Positions 61,984 through 64,000 of a stretch of 64,000 bases of DNA are shown here, piece after piece (within the stretch, counting starts at the first letter, position 1; every line of letters begins with the position of its first letter). The notes under the pieces were generated by a model. It saw only the letters and a list, made by a program, of their open reading frames with translations. It was not told the DNA's origin and did not search any database. The translations under genes and the position numbers were made by a program. Origin of the DNA: SAR86 cluster bacterium (GTDB lineage Bacteria > Pseudomonadota > Gammaproteobacteria > Pseudomonadales > Pseudohongiellaceae); assembly GCA_002401885.1 (NCBI GenBank), contig NVUL01000044.1:7680-71679 (forward strand). Reading direction: 5' to 3'.

Positions 61984-62677
61984 CTAATCGCGAATTTTGC
62001 GTAATGCCGTTCTCCAAAGTACCAAAGGTAGAGAAACCAGATTGCGAGGATTTTTAGCTGCGGCCTTCATTTCTCTTGTCGCATTTTCTAGAACAATTTT
62101 GCTCGCCTTACTAGGATGGCCAGAATCTACTGGCGGTTGCGGGTCATACTCGATAAGTAACTGGACCTCTTCTGCCCGTTCGCGCCCGCAGAGTTCCTCC
62201 ATAACTGTGAGTGCTAGGTCAATGCCTGCCGAAACGCCAGCCGCGGTAAAAATTTTCCCCGAGCGGACAATGCGCTGATCCTTTCTTGGTTTAGCGCCAA
62301 ATCTGCTCAGTTCGTCCTGCACTAGCCAATGGGTCGTGGCTTCTTTTCCTTCGAGCAAGCCTGCCGCTGCAAGCACTAATGCGCCTGAACAGACTGATAG
62401 TGTTAACTGTGAACTCTCATGACTTGTTTGCAGCCAGCGTATTAGCTCTTTGTTGGCGTGTCCGCAGAAGATCCAGGCACCAGAATTAAGTCCGGCGCGG
62501 GCGTTTCTGCAAAACTGTGAGTAGCCCCCAAAACTAATACGCCACTATCAGTGATAATTGGGCCTGGTTCGTTACTCACAAACCTTAACTCCGCCCCCGA
62601 AATCAGATTCAACACTTCGTAAGGGCCGATCGCATCTAGAGCGGTCATGCCCTTATATAGAACAATGGCTATTTGCA
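61984..62677 (-). pseudogene. DJ-1/PfpI-family (GATase1-like) gene interrupted by a frameshift
   Basis: The N-terminal frame reads (V)QIAIVLYKGMTALDAIGPYEVL...LILVPGSSADTPTKS* (stop at 62442..62444). A second frame continues NKELIRWLQTSHESSQLTLSVCSGALVLAAAGLLEGKEATTHW... to 61984, and it contains the nucleophile-elbow Cys (SVCSGA). Together the two frames reconstitute a normal family member. Confidence 0.6.
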
Positions 62678-62942
62678 CAAATATTCTCGAATTAGTTACT
62701 CTCGAACTCAATGTAGAATTGTAAAAGATAGAGCTGGGCGAATGTCAATTCTGATCAAGGAAATTAGCAAGCTGTATCGAGTTCGCTACGTGAGATATCG
62801 AATGACTGAGCTGTAAGCGCTGGAGTCAGAGCAGGTACTAGTAGTTAGAAGAATTATGGTTGAACACTTCAAACTAGATGGCAATCAGGCATAATAAACC
62901 CTAGTGGTGCCGTTAACGTATAAAGATCAGAACGGTAAGTAG

Positions 62943-64000
62943 ATGGCTGAAAATTCAATAACATCAAGTGCGGAGCCTATCGTTGGGCCGTTTACAGACA
63001 TGGCAGAGCAATTCTCTACCGTAGTTTGGAGCGCGATGGCGGCGAATATTCCGGGTGATTTGCACTGGGATAGGATTCTTATCACCTTGTTTATCGCGAT
63101 TCTACTTTTCTTCTACTACAAAGGACGCGGCTCGAAAGGTGCCGATGGTGGCGAGCGTAAAGCCGGGATTTTGCAGTACCTTCTGCCGGTGGATATTTAT
63201 ACCCATGTGTCTGCACGCGTAGACATTTGGCTCTGGGTATTGGAGCGGTTCTTACGGCCTTTCTGGGCTGTTGCTCTATTTGCTACCGTGGGTTCATTTA
63301 CTGAACAGTCTGTAATAGCCGGTCTCGAAATCTTGTTTGGTGAGACACCCGCGCTGGAAATCAATTTTGTCTGGATGTTGCTCTATGCCCTGGTAAGTTT
63401 GCTCTGTTATGACTTCATCTTTTATGTGATTCACTACACTATGCATAAAGTACCTGCCTTGTGGGCTATTCATAAAATACATCATTCCGCAGAAGTACTA
63501 ACACCACTTACACGGTCCCGAGAACATTTTCTCGCAGGCCCTATTTGGGCAACTGGGTCGGCTTTCAGCTTTGGCTTTGCTGCAGGCCTATTTGCCTACC
63601 TATTCGATGGTGGAATTACGCAGGCTACGTTGTTTAATGTTGGATTCTTTTCATTTCTACTCGGATTGACCGGTGCTTTTCGTCACTATCATATTCAACT
63701 TCGCTATCCCAGATGGTTGGAAAAATGGATTCAAAGCCCGGCTATGCACCATACGCATCACAGCTATCTGAGAAAACACTGGGATACCAACATGGCCGCT
63801 GTTACCAGCATTTACGACAGGATGTTTGGCACTCTTTATATTCCTGAAAAAGATGAATACACACCTTGGGGAATCGGGCCTGAGACGCAACACGAGTACC
63901 GAACATTCTGGCAAAACACTGCTGGACCATTTCGAGACTGGTACAAGATGATAGCTGGTGGAAGCTCGCCCCAAGCAGGGGCGGCGTCTGAATTGGCTAG
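62943..64000 (+). CDS. fatty acid hydroxylase / sterol desaturase superfamily membrane protein (3' end off window)
   Basis: Absent from the ORF track because it runs off the edge. From the ATG at 62943 the frame stays open to the window end. Histidine boxes: HYTMHK, HKIHHS, HHTHHS. Confidence 0.8.
   Translation, partial: MAENSITSSAEPIVGPFTDMAEQFSTVVWSAMAANIPGDLHWDRILITLFIAILLFFYYKGRGSKGADGGERKAGILQYLLPVDIYTHVSARVDIWLWVLERFLRPFWAVALFATVGSFTEQSVIAGLEILFGETPALEINFVWMLLYALVSLLCYDFIFYVIHYTMHKVPALWAIHKIHHSAEVLTPLTRSREHFLAGPIWATGSAFSFGFAAGLFAYLFDGGITQATLFNVGFFSFLLGLTGAFRHYHIQLRYPRWLEKWIQSPAMHHTHHSYLRKHWDTNMAAVTSIYDRMFGTLYIPEKDEYTPWGIGPETQHEYRTFWQNTAGPFRDWYKMIAGGSSPQAGAASELA

Noticed and set aside
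1-64000. Search for mobile elements, tRNA/rRNA genes, CRISPR arrays, toxin-antitoxin pairs or phage genes
   Set aside because: No transposase, integrase or recombinase-like ORF was recognised by eye, and no cloverleaf-like or rRNA-like sequence or spaced repeat array. This remains a negative result from manual reading only.

Overview
This is a 64-kb chromosomal segment with about 50 protein-coding genes. I saw no rRNA, tRNA, CRISPR array, transposase or integrase. The gene content (NnrS, TAXI-TRAP transporter, SirB2/YbaN, lipoboxes, Tat and Sec signal peptides, a DUF1592/DUF1552 pair) points to a Gram-negative bacterium, probably a marine gammaproteobacterium; that assignment is inference only. 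The window is dominated by exported redox enzymes. There are five PQQ-quinoprotein dehydrogenase paralogs: four soluble, two of which sit in a 2.2-kb segmental duplication flanking nnrS, and one membrane-bound Gcd-like enzyme. Five proteins carry CxxCH haem-c motifs, several fused to unusual catalytic domains: a Vgb-like propeller, a PHM/DBH-like copper monooxygenase, a CarboxypepD_reg-domain protein, and a DUF1592 protein. A dihaem cytochrome is translationally coupled to a Tat-exported flavin amine oxidase. The strongest candidates for undescribed biology are listed below.
- A tightly coupled operon of Tat-VOC, DUF1592, DUF1552 and an ankyrin protein.
- An apparently all-periplasmic catabolic cluster: cytochrome-domain protein, amidohydrolase, PQQ dehydrogenase, cupin and FAH, next to a membrane-bound AraC regulator.
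- A haem-c::copper-monooxygenase fusion with a coupled unknown partner.
- A 20-bp inverted repeat placed symmetrically upstream of two divergent genes.
- A cytidylyltransferase plus CDP-alcohol phosphatidyltransferase pair.
Several decay scars are also visible: an AAC(3) remnant, frameshifted STAS-like and DJ-1/PfpI genes, and a truncated CBM9-like fragment. All functional calls rest on motif recognition by eye, and no database search was run.
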